Shown here: positions 31,221 to 46,750 of the stretch, in pieces | Layout: every line of letters begins with the position of its first letter | Numbering within the stretch: position 1 is the stretch's first letter | IMG/VR virus record: IMGVR_UViG_3300045988_155865 | Location: 1-60,943 of that record | From: a virus | DNA: 60,943 nucleotides | Direction: 5' to 3' (one strand) | Notes under the pieces: generated by a model | Seen by the model: only the letters and a program-made list of their open reading frames with translations | What the model was told of the DNA's origin: nothing | The model's database searches: none | Made by a program: the position numbers and the translations under genes

Positions 31221-31751
31221 ATGGCAAAGGTAAGTTTTAATAAACTTGGTTTAAAAAAAATAGAAGAGGTTGCAACTACAGAATATAATGAACAAATTAT
31301 AGAAATAAAACAGTATTTACCTGTTCAACAAAAGCTAGAATTATTATCTAAAGTAATAACTCAAGCAGCGGATTCAAGCAAATTTTATAATCCTGGATAG
31401 TTGCAAGTGTTTTTTGTTTTGGAATTAATACAAGCATATACAAATATTTCTTTTACAGAAAAACAAAAAGAAGATTTCTGTAAAACTTTTGATTTGCTTG
31501 CAGAAAATGGTATAATAAGTGCTATTATTCATTATATTCCAGAGTATGAAATTGAGACTCTTCGAGGTTGGTTAAAAGAAAGTATAAAAGCTATTTATGA
31601 ATATAATAATTCTGCGAGAGCTATATTAGAAAGTTTATAGACAAATTATGATAATTTAAATTTTGATCTTGATACTATTCAAGATAAGGTAAGAGATCCT
31701 GAAACATTATCTTTATTAAAAGAAATTGCGCCTTTACTTAATTTGGCCTAA
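31221..31751 (+). CDS. Tail assembly chaperone (gpG-like, about 176 aa); two in-frame TAG
   Basis: AAGGAGG RBS. Acidic small protein immediately upstream of the tape measure. Confidence 0.45.
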
Positions 31752-31804
31752 TTTCGATTATTTATTATTTAAAATTCTTAAAAATATTAGAGAGAATTTT
31801 AATT

Positions 31805-31847
31805 AAGCCATATGAGAATAAATTTTCTCATATGGCTTATTTTTTTA
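31805..31847 (+). terminator. Intrinsic terminator or attenuator between chaperone and tape measure
   Basis: aagccatatgagaa-taaatttt-ctcatatggctt plus a T-run. Confidence 0.6.
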
Positions 31848-31875
31848 TATATAAAGAGAGAAAGGAGTAAAAAGT

Positions 31876-34800
31876 ATGGCACAATAGCTTTAGGTAAATT
31901 TATCATTTACTGCGGATTCTGAAAAAGCAAAAGCGCAAATATAGGATTTACAAAATTCATTAAATAATCTAATGAAGAATAATCCAACTGGAAAAGCTAA
32001 TTTACCAGTTACTAAAGAGTTATTAAAAGCGCAATAGGCAGCCGCGCAATTATCTATATCTTTAAAAAATGCTACTAATGTAAATACTGGAAAATTAAAT
32101 TTAACTCAATTTTCAAGCGAATTACAAAAGAGTGGTATGACATTAGAAAAATATAGAATACAATTAAGTGCTCTTGGTCCAGAAGGCGAAAAAACATTTT
32201 TAAATTTAGCTAAGTCTGTGATGACTGCAGATTCAGCTATTAAAAATTCAAATAAATTAGTTAATGATTTATGGATTTCATTAAAAAATACAGCGAAATG
32301 GCAGTTATCATCTTCTATGATTAAAGGTTTTATGGGGGCTGTATCCACAGCTTTTAATTATGCGGAAGATTTAAATAAATCATTAAATCAAATATAGATT
32401 GTTACAGGTCATAGTGCAGAATAGATGGCGAGATTTGCTAAATAGGCTAATATTGCTGCAAAAGAACTTAGTACTACCACAACTGCTTATACAGATGCTT
32501 CATTAATTTATTATCAACAGGGTCTTGATGACGCAAACGTGAAAGCAAGAACAGATATTACAGTTAAAGCTGCGAATGCTGCTGGTACAAATGCAGAAGA
32601 AATGGCTGATTATTTAACTGCGGTTTGGAATTCATATAAAGTTGGTTCTGATGAATTAGAGCGTTATGTTGATATTATGGCAGCATTAGGTGCTGGAACC
32701 GCGACTAGTTTGGAAGAAATATCAACAGCTATGGAAAAAGTTGCGTCAGTTGGTGAAGCTACTGGAGTAAAATTTGAACAGATGTCATCAATTATTGCGA
32801 CTGTATCATCAGTAACAAGACAATCAGCGGAGACGGTAGGTACTGCATTTAAAACTATTTTTGCTCGTATGGCTGACTTAAAGCTAGATGGTAGCGTAGA
32901 AGAAGATGGAGTTACTACTACTCTTGGAACTGTGTCAAAGCAGTTAGCTTAGGTTGGTGTAAATATTTTAGATGCCAATGGTGAACTTCGTGATATGGGT
33001 GATGTCACTGAAGAACTAATGGGTAAATGGAATACTATGAATGAAGCTACTCAATAGGCAGTGGCTATTGCAGTAGCTGGTAAACGTCAATATACCCAAT
33101 TATTAGCATTAATGAATAACTAGGATATGTATAAAGATGCTATGAATATGGCTACTGGGGCAGAGGGAACTCTACAAGAACAAGCAGATACATATGCTGA
33201 ATCTTGGGAAGCAGCTCAAAAGCGTGTCAAAGCAGCTGCACAAGGGATATATGATTCATTGATCAATGATGATTTCTTTATTGGATTAAATGATAGTATA
33301 GCTGGCGTACTAGGATTGATAGAAAAACTTATTGACTCTATGGGCGGATTTAGCGGAGTCTTAAGTGGATTAGGCATGCTTGCTTTTAAAGTATTTGATA
33401 AACAGATAAATGAAAGTTTACAAAAAAGTATTCAAAGCATGTACTCTATGAGTGCAGCTGGAAAACATCAGAATGATTTATTAAGACAATAGGCTGTAAA
33501 TTAGGTTAAAGCTGTATATGCAGATCGTTCTAGTGGTAATTTAAACACGTATGAATAGACAGATTTAGATATTTAGCAAAAGAGATTTGATTTATAGACT
33601 TAGCTAATGAACAATGCTAAAATGATGTCAGAAGATGAGATTAAATTAGCTTAGGCAGCTTTAGACACAAATAAAGCTTACGCAGAAAGGGCTACTGCTT
33701 TAGCACAGATATAGACTGAATTAGAGGAACAATTTAATTCTGCAAAGGAAGAAGCTTCTTTAGATATAGTTGATAATACTAAATTTGGTTCTGAAGATGC
33801 AGTTTTAGAAAGCTTTGATATCATTATTGAAGATTATAAAAAAGGAGTTTCTACTATAGGAAATGTTTTTCAAGAGGGTTTTGCTAATTTTGATTTAAAA
33901 AATAGTAGTTTAGAATAGTTAGAAAAGTAGTTAGTAGAACTCCCTAATGTATCAGAAGAAGCAACTTCTTATATTGGAGATTTATTAGTGTCTTTAGACA
34001 ATTTAGATTCAGAATTTAAAGATGGCACTATTTCTCAAGAAGAATATGAAAGATAGTTAAGTAGAATAAAGAGAGAGATACGAGATGCTTCCTCTGGAAA
34101 TAGTGCTGCAAGAGTAGAATTTATTCGATTAGCAGAATCTTTAGGAGTTTCTGTAGAATAGGCTGAACAATTAGCAAATATTATTCCATAGCTAAAAGAA
34201 GCTGAAGATAATACTGCTGTTGCAACCGAAAACTTTAATCAATCTTGTTAGAATTTAATGCAAGGGCTAGAAAGAACTAAAACTACAACCGCTATTTTCG
34301 CAGAAGGATTACTGGGTACTATGAGGGCTGTTTCCTCTTTAGGTATGGCTATTAGTACTTTAAGAGGCGCTTGGAATACTTTAAATGATCCAGATATGTC
34401 GGGATTTGAAAAAGTTTTATCTATAATGACTTCCTTAGGAATGGGAATTCCAGCATTAGTTTCTAGTATAAGTTTGTTTAGAGAAAGCTGGGATGGTGTA
34501 GCAGAAAGTATCGGTAAAGCAGCAGCAGCAACAGCTGGAGCTATTGTAGCACAAACTGCGCAAAAGGCTGTTACAGACGCCTCTACCGCTTCTACAACAG
34601 CTTAGATGACTGCCGAAGAATTGGCTATTGCAGTAAAAAAAGAACAAGAAATTGCTGAGGGTTTATCTTTAAAATAGAAATTATTATATATAGCAGCTTA
34701 GAAATTAGAAGTACAAGTTACTGCACAAGAAGTTGCAGAAAACTCAGCAGCTGTTGTTGCAAAAATTGCAGATACTGCAGCCACTGGAGGTTTAACTGTA

Positions 34801-37800
34801 GGTCAAACATTATTAGCAGCTGCAACAGCATTAGTTAATGGTTAGTTTATGATATTCTTAACTTTAATAGGTCCAATTGTAGTTCCAATATTAGCTCTTG
34901 TAGGTGCTGTCACATTATTAGTTGGCGTGTTTAAAGCGGTGTCTGAAAATACTCCAGAGGCTAAATTAGCAGCAGCTACAGAAGAAGCGAAAAAGGCAAA
35001 AACTGCTTTTGAAGAAACCTCTTAGGCCGTTGAAGATTTAAAAGATAATATTTCAAAATTAGAAAGTGGTTATGAAACCTTAGATAAATTAGATAAAAAA
35101 ACTAATGACTGGAAAAAAACCTTAGTAGATGTAAATAATTAGGCTTTAGAGTTAATTAATAAATATAAAGATTTAGATTATACTTTTGATGAAGACGGAG
35201 TAATTAGGATTGATCAAAATAGTTTAAATGATATTTATTCTTAGAAAGTTGCTGATTCAGTTGGAAATTCTATTACACAATAGAAAGCTTAGGCTGAATA
35301 GTATAAGGAAGAAGCTAATGTTGAAACTGTTAAGTTAGCTGGAATTTTAGAACAAGCAGCAAAAGAATCTTTTCCAATGGGTACAGATTTAAGTTATTTA
35401 AAAAATATGTCAGAGTATGCTGCAAAATTTTTAGCAGAGCAGTTAAATGCAACAAACGGTATTTTTGATATAGATAAGGAATTACAAAAATTATCAGATT
35501 TAACGCTCCAATATCCTACTGGGGTTAATGCAAGAGGAGAAACTACTTATACCAACTTGGGAAGTCCTTTTTAGGATATTGAAGCTTTAAAGAAATATTC
35601 TGCAGATATATTAAATTAGGTAGAAGAAATAAATAAACTAGAAAATTTAGCAAATGATTTATTAGAACAAGGAAACATTAATTTATTAAAAAATGCTGCA
35701 AATACTTTAGGTAGTAATAGATCTGCTGAAGATTTATCTAATCTTGATGTTGAAAAAATTAAGCAAAATAAAATTAAAGATATAAAAGATGATGACCGAT
35801 ATCATTGGCAATCTTTTAATGATTACGATGTTATGTCAGATGCTACAGAAGCCTATATGAAAAATTTGGTAGATCAATTTGCTACAAGAGTTTTAGGAGA
35901 TAAATATGAATATGTAAGCTAGGATGGCGGGAATGCTACTTTTAAAACTAAAAATGGTGAATAGGAAATCTCTTATTCTCAAGAAGATATACTAGAAGGG
36001 TTAGCTAATATATTATCTGCAGAAGATATTCAAAATGAAATTATATCTCAAGCAAAAAATAATTTGTCTAACTTAGGAGAATTAGTTAATAAAGTCAGCG
36101 ATGATACTGTTATTAGTTTAGATAATTTTAAAGTTAGTTTAACAGAAAGTTTAAATGATTTACGAGATGGTGAGTTATACGGAGGAGTATTAAATACAGA
36201 CGATTTTAGTGACGCAAAACAAATTTTTGAAGGAATGATTCCTGAGGATATTACAGAGCCTAAACAATTAGAAAAATACGTGTCTTTATTAAATGAAGTA
36301 GATTGGTCTTAGGCCGATGCTGTAGAACATTTCACTTAGAAGGTTAAAGAGTAGGAAATTGCTTGCGAAGTAAATACAGATGCTCTATCTAAATATCAAA
36401 CAGTATAGCAAAGAACGTCTAATTTAGTGGAATCTGCGCTTTGGGTACAAGAAAATGAAAATAAGACAATAAAAGAGAAAGCAGAAGAGGTTGGATTAAC
36501 CACTGATATTCTGGAGGATTATAGTGATAAATTACAAGAAGAGAACAAAGGCTTAAAAGATAATCGAGAATTGGCGGAGCAAACCACTATTGCTTAGAAA
36601 CAATTATCTAGTAGTTTAGATTCTTTAAGTAAAGACTGGAACGATATTTATAATAATTTGTCTGGTGCGGACATGATGTCTAAAGAATATGCAGAATCTT
36701 TAGAAAAATTATAGTCTGCTATGAAAAATATTTTAGGAACAGACTTATCTCATGCTTTTTTAACGAATGAGAAAAATCTTCTTGATATCGAAAGAGCAAT
36801 AAATGGAGATGAAAAAGCTCTAGAAAGATTAAGACAGGCTGCAGTAATAGATATTATAGTAAATATAGATGGGTTAAATAAAGAAGATTAGAATTGGTTA
36901 AAAAATTAGATCGCAACAGTCTAGAACGATCTAGATAACATAAAAATTGGAGCTGAAATTGATACTGAAGGTTTCGACGAATTAGCAACAAAATTAAATG
37001 AAATGGTTTATAATGGAGAAATTACTGCAGAAGAATTTCGCAGTATTTTTTCTAACTTAGGAATCTATCCTGTCACAGATAATGTTGATTCTCCAATTGC
37101 CGCAAAAGCTTTAGCTGCTGCGAGAGATGATAGTGATCAAGAGTTAACAATTACGGAAACTACGTAGGCTGCAAGCTCTCCTCTTGGCTCAGGAACTTTT
37201 GGTTCAACTCCAACCACAGTAACAAAACATGTTACAGTTCATAATGCAAGTGGAGCCGATACTACTTCAAATGTAGATGGCGTAATGAGTGTTCCACAAG
37301 TAACTTTTTCAACAGATAAAAATGGTCAGTCTCATGCAAAAGGATATAAAGCTCCTAGTTTAAAAGCTAGCGCGGGGGCAAAATCAAGAAGTAAAGCGAA
37401 TGCAGGTGGTACTTAGAAATCTCCAAAAAAAGGTTCTTCCTCAAAAGGTTCTAGCGCACCTCAGAAATCTAAGCCTCAAAAAACTGATACAAAAGATTTA
37501 GATGAAGCAGTTACAAGATATAAAAATACAGATAATTTATTAGAATCTATTGAACGAAAATTAAATAAGATTCAATCTGAAAAAGATTAGGTTTGGGGTA
37601 AAAAATACATAACAGCGATAGATAAAGAAAATGAAGTATTAAAAGATTAGCTTAATATTATTGATTAGTAGATAAAAGAGGCAAAATCTTATCAAGATAT
37701 GGACTTAGGTTTTTTAACCAATGCGGGGATTGCTGTAGAATTAGATGAAAATGGCTTTGTTAAAAACTTTGAATAGATTGAAGTTATATTAAATAATATG

Positions 37801-40527
37801 GAGAAAAGTGCTGCGGCAACCTATGATAATACTGTTAATTCTGTCAATGCTTCTTATGATACTAGTGTCAACGCACTTGGAAAAGATTCAAATGATTAGA
37901 AAAATGCATTAAAAGAAGCTAATCAATCCGCCACAGATTCTGCAAAAGACCTATATGAAACATAGAAAAATAATATAGAAAAAATAAAAAATAAATTAAA
38001 TTCTTATGAAGATGCAGTTAAAAAATATTATGATGATACTGAAAAAAGAGAAGAAATTTTGCAAAAGATTCGAGAAAATAATTATGATAAATTAAATCAT
38101 AAACTTGAAATTCAGTTAGAATTAACTGATCTTGAAAGAAAATAGATGGATACTATGAGTAAACGTTTCCGAGAAGGTTTATTTGGTATTGCTGATAATA
38201 ATAATATGGACAATACAAAGATAGGAACTTATTTAAATGATTTTAAGCATTTAGAAGAATAGTTGGCAGAAACTAATTAGTTATATGCCCAAGGTGGTTT
38301 GTCTGAATAGCAATATTATGAAAAAATGAAAGATTTAAATGATAAGTTAGTAGATACTACTGGAAACATATATGATTTATCTGATGCTATTGGAGATAGA
38401 TTTATAGAAGCTTTAAATGATGCTGATGATATTATGGATAAATCTATTTCTAAATTTGGACATTTAAGAACTATTATGAGTAGTGTTGAAAATCTTATTA
38501 AATTAACCTATGGAGAAGAAGACTTTGATGCTCTTGGAGATGTTTATGAAAATATTGCTTATGCGTCTGAGAAAGAATTAAAATATAATCGAGCAATGTT
38601 CGAAGAACGCAAAAAAACCATGGATGAAACAAGAAAAACATATAATGAAGCTGTAGCTGGCAATATACCAGAAGGTAAAACATTAGATTAGTTAAAAGAA
38701 GATTTAGACGAATCAGAAAATTCAGTAAGAGAATGGCAAGAAAAAATGTATTCATCTGCAGAGGCATTCGCTGAAGATATTACAAATGTTTATCAAAATA
38801 AAATCAATAAAGCTATGAAACAGTTAGAGAATGATTTAACAGGAGGCAAAGGCTTTGATGAACTATAGGAGCAAATGGATAGATTATAGACGCATGATGA
38901 TGAATACTTAACTGGTGTAAATCAATAGTATGAAACTCAAAAAATGATAAGAACAGCTACCAATGCTTTAGAGAATACTTCTAATAAAATTGCAAAAAAT
39001 AAATTAGAATTATTTATTAAAGAAACGCAAGAATTATAGAAGCAAGGTAAATTAAGCGAATATGAATTAGGTATCCAATAGAAGAAATATGAAATAGCAC
39101 TTGCGGAAATAGCGCTTCAAGAAGCTTAGGACAATAAATCTCAAGTTCGTTTACAAAGAGATAGTGAAGGAAACTTTAATTATGTTTATACCGCAGATGA
39201 AGATAAGGTAAATGAAGCGCAATAGAAATATGAAGATGCGCAAAATGATTTATATAATTATATAAGGGAACAAGAAGCTGAAATTCAATAGAAACGTTTA
39301 GAAAACTGGATGAATTATCATGATGCTGTAAAAGAAATTAATGAAGATACAACCTTAAATGATGCTGAAAGAGCGGAAAAACTAACTGAGTTATATGAAT
39401 ATCATTCCCAAAGAGATTTAGAATTAACTGAATAGTCAAATGCTGGACGTGAAGCTTCTAATCAAGCTTACTTAGATTCATATACAATTACAGTATAGGA
39501 TGATATTGCTACGACTACAGAAATGCGAAATGCGCATATAGAAATGGCTGAGACAGTAGATAAAGCCACTAATGAGCTACAAGAAAATATGAAAACTTAT
39601 ACAGATTTAATGGATAAGGATCTTATAGGTGTAAAAGACAATGCAGATAATTATGCTATTAACATAGAAAAAGATATGGCAAAAACAGGAAGCGTTTTAG
39701 AAGTAGTTCAAGGCCAAACTTCTGACTGGGCAAATTCTATGACTACACTTTTGAATAACGTAGCTGAAAGGTACAATTATTTATCAAATTGTTGTCAAAA
39801 TGCTATGGAAACCATATCTGGCTTTTTTGCTGACACTGATTATGCGTAGATGTTTGCAAATACAACAGATTTTACAACAATGCTGTATGCTGGAAATGCA
39901 AGGCAATATATGACCGAACATAATATTGCTGACAAAGGAAAATGGGTTGAAAATGCTAAGGGTGGTTTAGACTTATACGATAATGAAAATTATGCTGATA
40001 CCATAATGAATTCAACTGATTTGGCAACGATTGCTAATGCAGCTGTACATAGAATAGCAAAAATGAGAACTTCCAAAAATTATTATGATGGCTTTGATGA
40101 TACAGAACAATTATTAAAAACTTTGTTTTCTAAAGAAGATTTTGATAAAATTGTAAAACTCATGTATGAAAATCATAAATTTACAGGTTTTGATACTGGT
40201 GGATATACTGGTGAATTTGGTCCAGAAGGTAAATTTGCCATATTACATGAAAAAGAATTAGTGTTAAATCAATAGGATACTTAGAATTTATTAGATACAG
40301 TAGATATAGTAGATAAATTATTAAATAGTTTAGAATATTAGAATTTATTATAGGATTTTAATATTTCGAATGTCGGAAATGGAATTAATAAAGGTAAAGA
40401 TACATTAGAACAAGATGTTACAATACACGCAGAATTTCCTAATGTGTAGGATCATAATGAAATTGAGATGGCATTATCTAATTTGGTTAATACAGCATCT
40501 CAATATGCTAACAGGAAGAAGAGTTAA
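31876..40527 (+). CDS. Tail tape measure protein, giant (about 2,883 aa); amber-recoded (on the order of 100 in-frame TAG)
   Basis: AAAGGAG RBS. All nine track ORFs from 32137 to 40275 share frame 1. Motif IVTGHSAE-TAG-MARFAK-TAG-ANIAAKELSTTTTAYTDASLIYYQQG. Central hydrophobic segment FMIFLTLIGPIVVPILALVGAVTLLVGVF. TAA stop plus terminator. Confidence 0.7.
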
Positions 40528-40550
40528 TACTCTTCTTCCTTTTTTTATTT
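40513..40550 (+). terminator. Intrinsic terminator after the tape measure
   Basis: aggaagaagag-ttaata-ctcttcttcct plus a T-run. Confidence 0.7.
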
Positions 40551-40622
40551 GGTCTAATTAAAATAATTAAAAAGAAATAATTTTTAAAAAAAATATAGAA
40601 TGAGAAAAAGGAGGTTATTATT

Positions 40623-43600
40623 GTGGCTGAACAAAATTATTCTGAAAATATATGCTCTGCTATTGATATTATAACTTAGTCAGTAGTAGATGGCATGGCT
40701 TTCGATAAAACAATTACTTGCACAATAGTAGATGATTCAGATAAGGACAATGGTCGCTATAGAGTTACAGATGGTTCAAGTAAATTTATAGCATATTCAG
40801 AAACAAAGACCTTTAGAAATAAAGATATAGTATATGTAACTGTTCCGAAAGGAGATTTTGGAGAATAGAAAGTTATCATAGGCAAAAAAACAGAAGTAGA
40901 AGAAGAGCCTTTTAACTATGTTCGACCTTTTGATAATTTTTTACCTTGTACGAATAATATATGGGAAAATATAGATTTTGATGGTTTAACCGCGGCCGGA
41001 CGAGATGAAAATGCAACACCGCAAGCGAGTGAGTTAAAGAAAAGTTTTGAAGACTTTGAAAATCATTATAAAGGATTTACTCATTTAGGGATAAAAGCAA
41101 ATTTTAAATCATTATTAGCTGCTGAATAGATCGCTTCTGGAAACTATGGTATTAGATTAGAAATGAAGTGCGTAGTTAAAGATGTTCATCCTACAGGCGA
41201 ATATCAATATATTCTAGTAACATCTACTGAAGAAGAAAAGGTAGAGCAATATTATATTTGGAATGAAACTGATAAACGATATGAAGCCACCACCGCGACT
41301 CCTGATAATAATGAGAATAATTTAACATTATATAAATAGAGTGAACATAAAACAATAAAAAAAATATTTGATTTATCTTGTTAGGATATGTTAGGTAATC
41401 CATTTGCTTTTGAAATTTTTTCTAATCAAGAAAAAGTGTTTGATATTAGCGATATTGAAGATATACTTGCTTTAGATATATATTTTTATTAGAATGGAGA
41501 ATTTAAAACTAAAATTGGAAAAGATTTGCCCATTGCTAAAATTGCGAACTTATTTGTCTCTGATATAAATATTTTATTTGGTTATAGCTTATAGGATATT
41601 GACGATGAATTTGTATAGTTATTTACAACAGATTCGTTAAATTATTAGCATACAAATGATATAGAAGAAAATAGAAAAAATATTGATTTACGATGGGCGC
41701 ATAAAGTTGGAGATAAATTATAGGTATTTACCAAAGATAATCTTGAAGCTTAGTATGATGAAATTTTTGATCAAAATGAGCAAGATAATACTCCTTATGA
41801 GTTATTAATAGATTCTTCGCCACAACAGATCGAAAATAGACATTATTATACTCCTAAACCAGAGACAGATTTTAATAGATTTTATATTTGGCATGGGCAA
41901 GAAAACATCGAAAATTATAAAAATGGAGTTATTTATTCACTAACCTCTTTTGTGCCAGTGACAGATATAAAAAAAGGCGAATAGTATTTTAAAAAATAGA
42001 TGTTTTTAATTTCAGATTTTATTAAAAATAATTATTTTTTTAGTGGTTCAGAGGATAAGAGACAATTAGATGATAATTTATTAAATTATGACGCTAAAGT
42101 TTATGAAAAATAGAAAGATTTTGTCACAAAAACTTTTATTAAAGACGTAAAAAATAAAAAAAGAAAATTATCTGATTATATATTTTATTTATATGGACAA
42201 GACAATTCAATTAGCTCTGTTGGTATTAATACAGTAGAAGAATTTTTACCAAATAAAAGATATTGTTTTGATACTTATGAAGAAAAAGAAAATTTTAATT
42301 TTGAAAATATTTTAAAGGAAAATCAAAATTATTATATTTCTTTATATTGCCCTATAGATTTTAATAAAATAGAAAATGAAGATAAAATAAATAATCGCAT
42401 TGTAAAACCTTTATTTTCATAGAGAATACTTAATGGACAAGAAACTAGTATAGAGAATTTTTATACTATAAATACAAATATATTTAAAGAAGTAGATTTT
42501 GATACAATTGAATATGAACCTAATAAATATTATTATAGAAAATATAAATTGGACGAAATGTTTGAGATAAGATGGTATAGATATAATTTAGGAGTTCCAG
42601 CAGCGGATGAATTTTGTGGCTTATACTGGGAAAGAATTCCAGAATGTTCTGAAGGTAGTAATAAAACTTATACAGACCCTGGAGAAACTCCATTTCATTG
42701 TAGTTTATTACCAGATTTTTTATATAATAAAACGGAATAGATAAAAGCAGTTTTAATAGTAAAATAGGGAGACGAACAAACTCCTTATTACAGCAATGTA
42801 ATTACATTTGAAAATAAAAATGAAGTTGTTAATATCCCTACTACAGAACAAGAATTAGCGTTAAAATTACGTATTAATGATGGTACTTTTGGAAATTATT
42901 ATTTATACGACGAAAGCAATAGCTTAATTGATAAAAGTTAGTCATCAATTAGAAGAAGTTTAACAGCATTATTTAATAAAACAGATTTTACTTCTAACTC
43001 TGTACTGCAAGATGCTACAAAAGTAACTTGGGTATTTCCAATAGAAAATACAATGCTAAATATTAATATTGCCGAAACAGGTGGAACATATATCAAGCCA
43101 GAGCCAGGTTCCGCGTATGGAAAGATTGTAATAGAAGAAAAACGCAATTCTTATTAGTTAATATATAATATTGAAAATGCTTTTAGTTTTAATAAAAATA
43201 ATAATAGTATTACTTGTACAATAGAAAAAGATGGAGAAATTTTTTCTACTACACAAGAATTCTCTTTTGGAAATAGTGGCAGTAATGGCTCTGATTATAC
43301 TCTTGTTCTTGATTTATTGACAGCTGATAACATGGTAACTTTGGATCCAATCTCAAACATTTATAGCTTTAGAGAGGTTCAATAGTCAGCACAAGTTGAC
43401 TTTGAGAATTATTTTGTGTATGATGAGAATACAGGATATTTACGAAAACCAACAGGGGAATACAATAAAGATATTAAATATTATATTTGCACTAGTAAAA
43501 ATTCTGATGGCAATAATGCTGTTCTGGCTAAAGAATATTTAACTTTAGAAGAAGCTTATAAAAACTCTGATATAGAGATTTTTAATGAAGATGGAACTAT

Positions 43601-46600
43601 AAAAGATTTAGCTATTACCATTTTTAAATTAGAAGACAATGTATATACTCCAATTACTAATTTTTCAGAAATTACAAACAAGAATAATAATTGGAAGAAG
43701 AACTATTTTATCGCAAATAATTTAGAGATGCTGTATGGCTATTATTATTCTAAGGATTCTGATGGGAAAAAAGAAGAAGCTTTTAAAATTTTAAAAACTT
43801 CTACTCCAGTAGAAGAAATTAAAGTGCGAGCAACTTTATATGACTAGTCTAATAATAAAGTAAATTTAAATTTAAACGATTACACTTTTGAATGGAGTTT
43901 TAATAATGATAAAATTACTCAAGGAGAGTATGAATAGAAATTATTTAATATAAATAAAACAGAAAATAAAAATGAAATTATTTTATTAAAACGACAAAAT
44001 ATAGATAATGCTATAAATTCATTATGTATTTTAACTGCAACTCTATCAGGCTTTGGAAGTTATAATTTAGAAGCTTATCTACCAATCCCATTAAGAGCCA
44101 ATTATGGAGTAATAAGATATCAAGGACCAGATAAAATAATCTATTCTACCACTGGAGTTCCCAATTATTATAAAGATGAAATTAATTTATTTTATAATGA
44201 TATAGATGGTAATAATATAAATTACCCCATTTTTAATAATAACACCAAATGTTTTTCTATATTAGACAATGAAGAAGGAAAAGATCTCGTACCTACATTA
44301 GAAGTTAAAGAAGAAACAAATGGGATTTCATATATTAAATTAATCCCTAAAAGTACATATATTCAAGGGTTAAAACCTTTTGGTATTTAGTATACAGATA
44401 CTCAACAAACAAAAATATTTACTTAGCCAATATTAAATATTCAAAACAGATATTTTTCATCAACATTAAATAAATGGGATGGAGAGTTATCTGTTGATGG
44501 AAACAAAAATACTATTCTTGCTAAAATGATTGGGGCCGGCCGCAAGAATAAGGATAATACTTTTTCAGGAGTAATGCTTGGTGATTGGACTGGCTCTGTA
44601 GATGCAAATGATGGAGGTAAATTAAGCCTTAAAGAACACATAGGTCTTTATGGTATTCATAAGGGAGAAACAAGTTTTGGCTTTACAGAACAAGGAATCG
44701 GATTTATTGGAAAAGCTGGAAAAGGTAGAATTTTATTAGATGGAGATAATAGTGTTATTACTTCTTCAAACTGGACTTTAGATGGCAAATATAATACCCA
44801 TGAAGGCCTATATATGAAAATAGATGATGGTTTTATTTTAATGAGAGATAAGAAATCTCATTATATAAAATTAGATGTTTTAGCTCCTGGAAATATAAAT
44901 AAAGATGACGGTAGAATAAGCTCACCTATACCATCTCCAACACCAGGAGGAAAAGACTCTGAATTTCCTTTTGTTATATATGGAGATAAAGACAATTTTA
45001 CACAAATAGGTTGGAATGGTAATTTATTTATGAGAGGCAAAAAACCTTCTGAAAAAAGCTCTTCGGAGGGAAGTCCTTCTGGATATATCTATTTAAATGC
45101 TTCTGCGAGTAAATATCCATTAGATATAAATAGTCATTTTGCTGTTGCTTGGAATGGTGCTTTAACAATTAGCAAATAGAATATTATATCAGAATTTGGC
45201 AAAGGGGAAGAAGGAAAAGATGAATATATTGCACCAGAATCTTCTAAGAATTTTATATTTGAAGATGATACTAGAGGATATGAAGAATCAAACTCAAACC
45301 CTGAAATAGGATTTGAATATAGTAAAATAGAAAGAGTAAATAATGATTCAAATAAACTACAAGTTAAAGAAGGAGAAACGAAATTAGCTTCAAAATCAGA
45401 TAATCCTTATGATTATTCTAGTTTAAATAAACTTTTTCATGGCTTGCATGCAACGCCAGATGGAGATATGTATTTATCTCGTAAACTTGTTATAGGCTCT
45501 AAATTTAGCGCTACTGCTGATGGATACTTAAGAGCTAAGGCTGGATTATTTGATGATTGTAATGCAAATGTATTTTAGGTTAGAGCTTTAGAAGCAAATG
45601 GTAGTTCAGCTACTATTGATTTAAATACTCCCATAGAAGATAGATTAAAGAAAACAACAGACATTTTTGATAAAGAGGGCCATTTATAGCCAGATTTTAA
45701 AGGTGCTAAAATAGGAGATATGGGATGGTTACAAGGAAGCCTTGGAGAAGAAGTTGTCGATATCAGCGCAAAAGAATATGACGCTTTATCAGAGGATGAG
45801 TAGAAAGATTATCAAGGATATACTAAGCCAGATGGAGAACAACGATATTAGAAGACAATACAAAAATATACTATGAACTTAGGTATCTCTAGCCAAGAAG
45901 GCTGTGGTATTGTATTAAATAGTCAATCAAATGTTAGAATAGATTCTGCATCAGATAGAGGAACTTATTTTAATGGTGGAGTTTTTACTGCAAAAATGAA
46001 TAAAGGAATTGACTTGTATCAAATAAATTCTGAAGATGCTAATTATGGTATTCGAATACATTCTATGAAAGATTTAAATCAAAGAAGTGCTGATAGAATA
46101 AAATTATCAGTTGAGTCTAATAGGCCATTTTCTGCTGATTGGTCAGACACTGAAAAAATAACCGATATACACGGTAATGAAAATTGGGTATATAGATATA
46201 ATACAGCAATAATTTTGGAAAAAAATTATTTAAGATTACATAAATATACAACAGATGGCACTGCTGGACAAATATCTATTGGAGAAAATAAGTCTGTGAT
46301 AGAATTAGTAAGTAATATAAACTCTGCATTATAGTCTATAACAATTGGAAAAAATAATAATAACAGTATATCTTTTAATGGATATGGTCAATATTTGCTT
46401 GAAGGATAGAATATTGGTAAAAATACTCAAAATAATTAGTCATTTAATATTATTTTATATAATAATGATGGGACCGAAGTGAAACCCACAGGATAGTTTT
46501 TATTACGAGGAAGTGTTGGTGAAGAATCTTACTTTAAAAGTGCGGGGCCTTTAAGTTTAAATAGTTATGGAGCTACTGGAGCTTCAATTAAAATAGGTAT

Positions 46601-46724
46601 AGATAAAGATAATCCTAATATATTAAATATAAAAAGCAATAATTTTAATTTAACTAAAACAAGTCTAATAGTTGAAAATATTCCAGCAAAAAATCAAAAG
46701 GGTATATATGCACGTTTTGCATAA
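40623..46724 (+). CDS. Giant tail-tip or baseplate-associated structural protein (about 2,033 aa); amber-recoded
   Basis: AAAGGAGG RBS with a GTG start. All four track ORFs (42549, 43416, 44526, 45873) are in frame 0. Hand translation found only TAG interruptions. TAA stop. Confidence 0.5.
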
Positions 46725-46750
46725 TCATAGGAGAGAAAGGAGAAAACATT

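Noticed and set aside
31751-31876. A gpG/gpGT-type programmed frameshift chaperone pair
   Set aside because: Only one chaperone-like ORF is present, followed by a terminator-like hairpin and the tape measure RBS. No overlapping -1 frame extension was seen.
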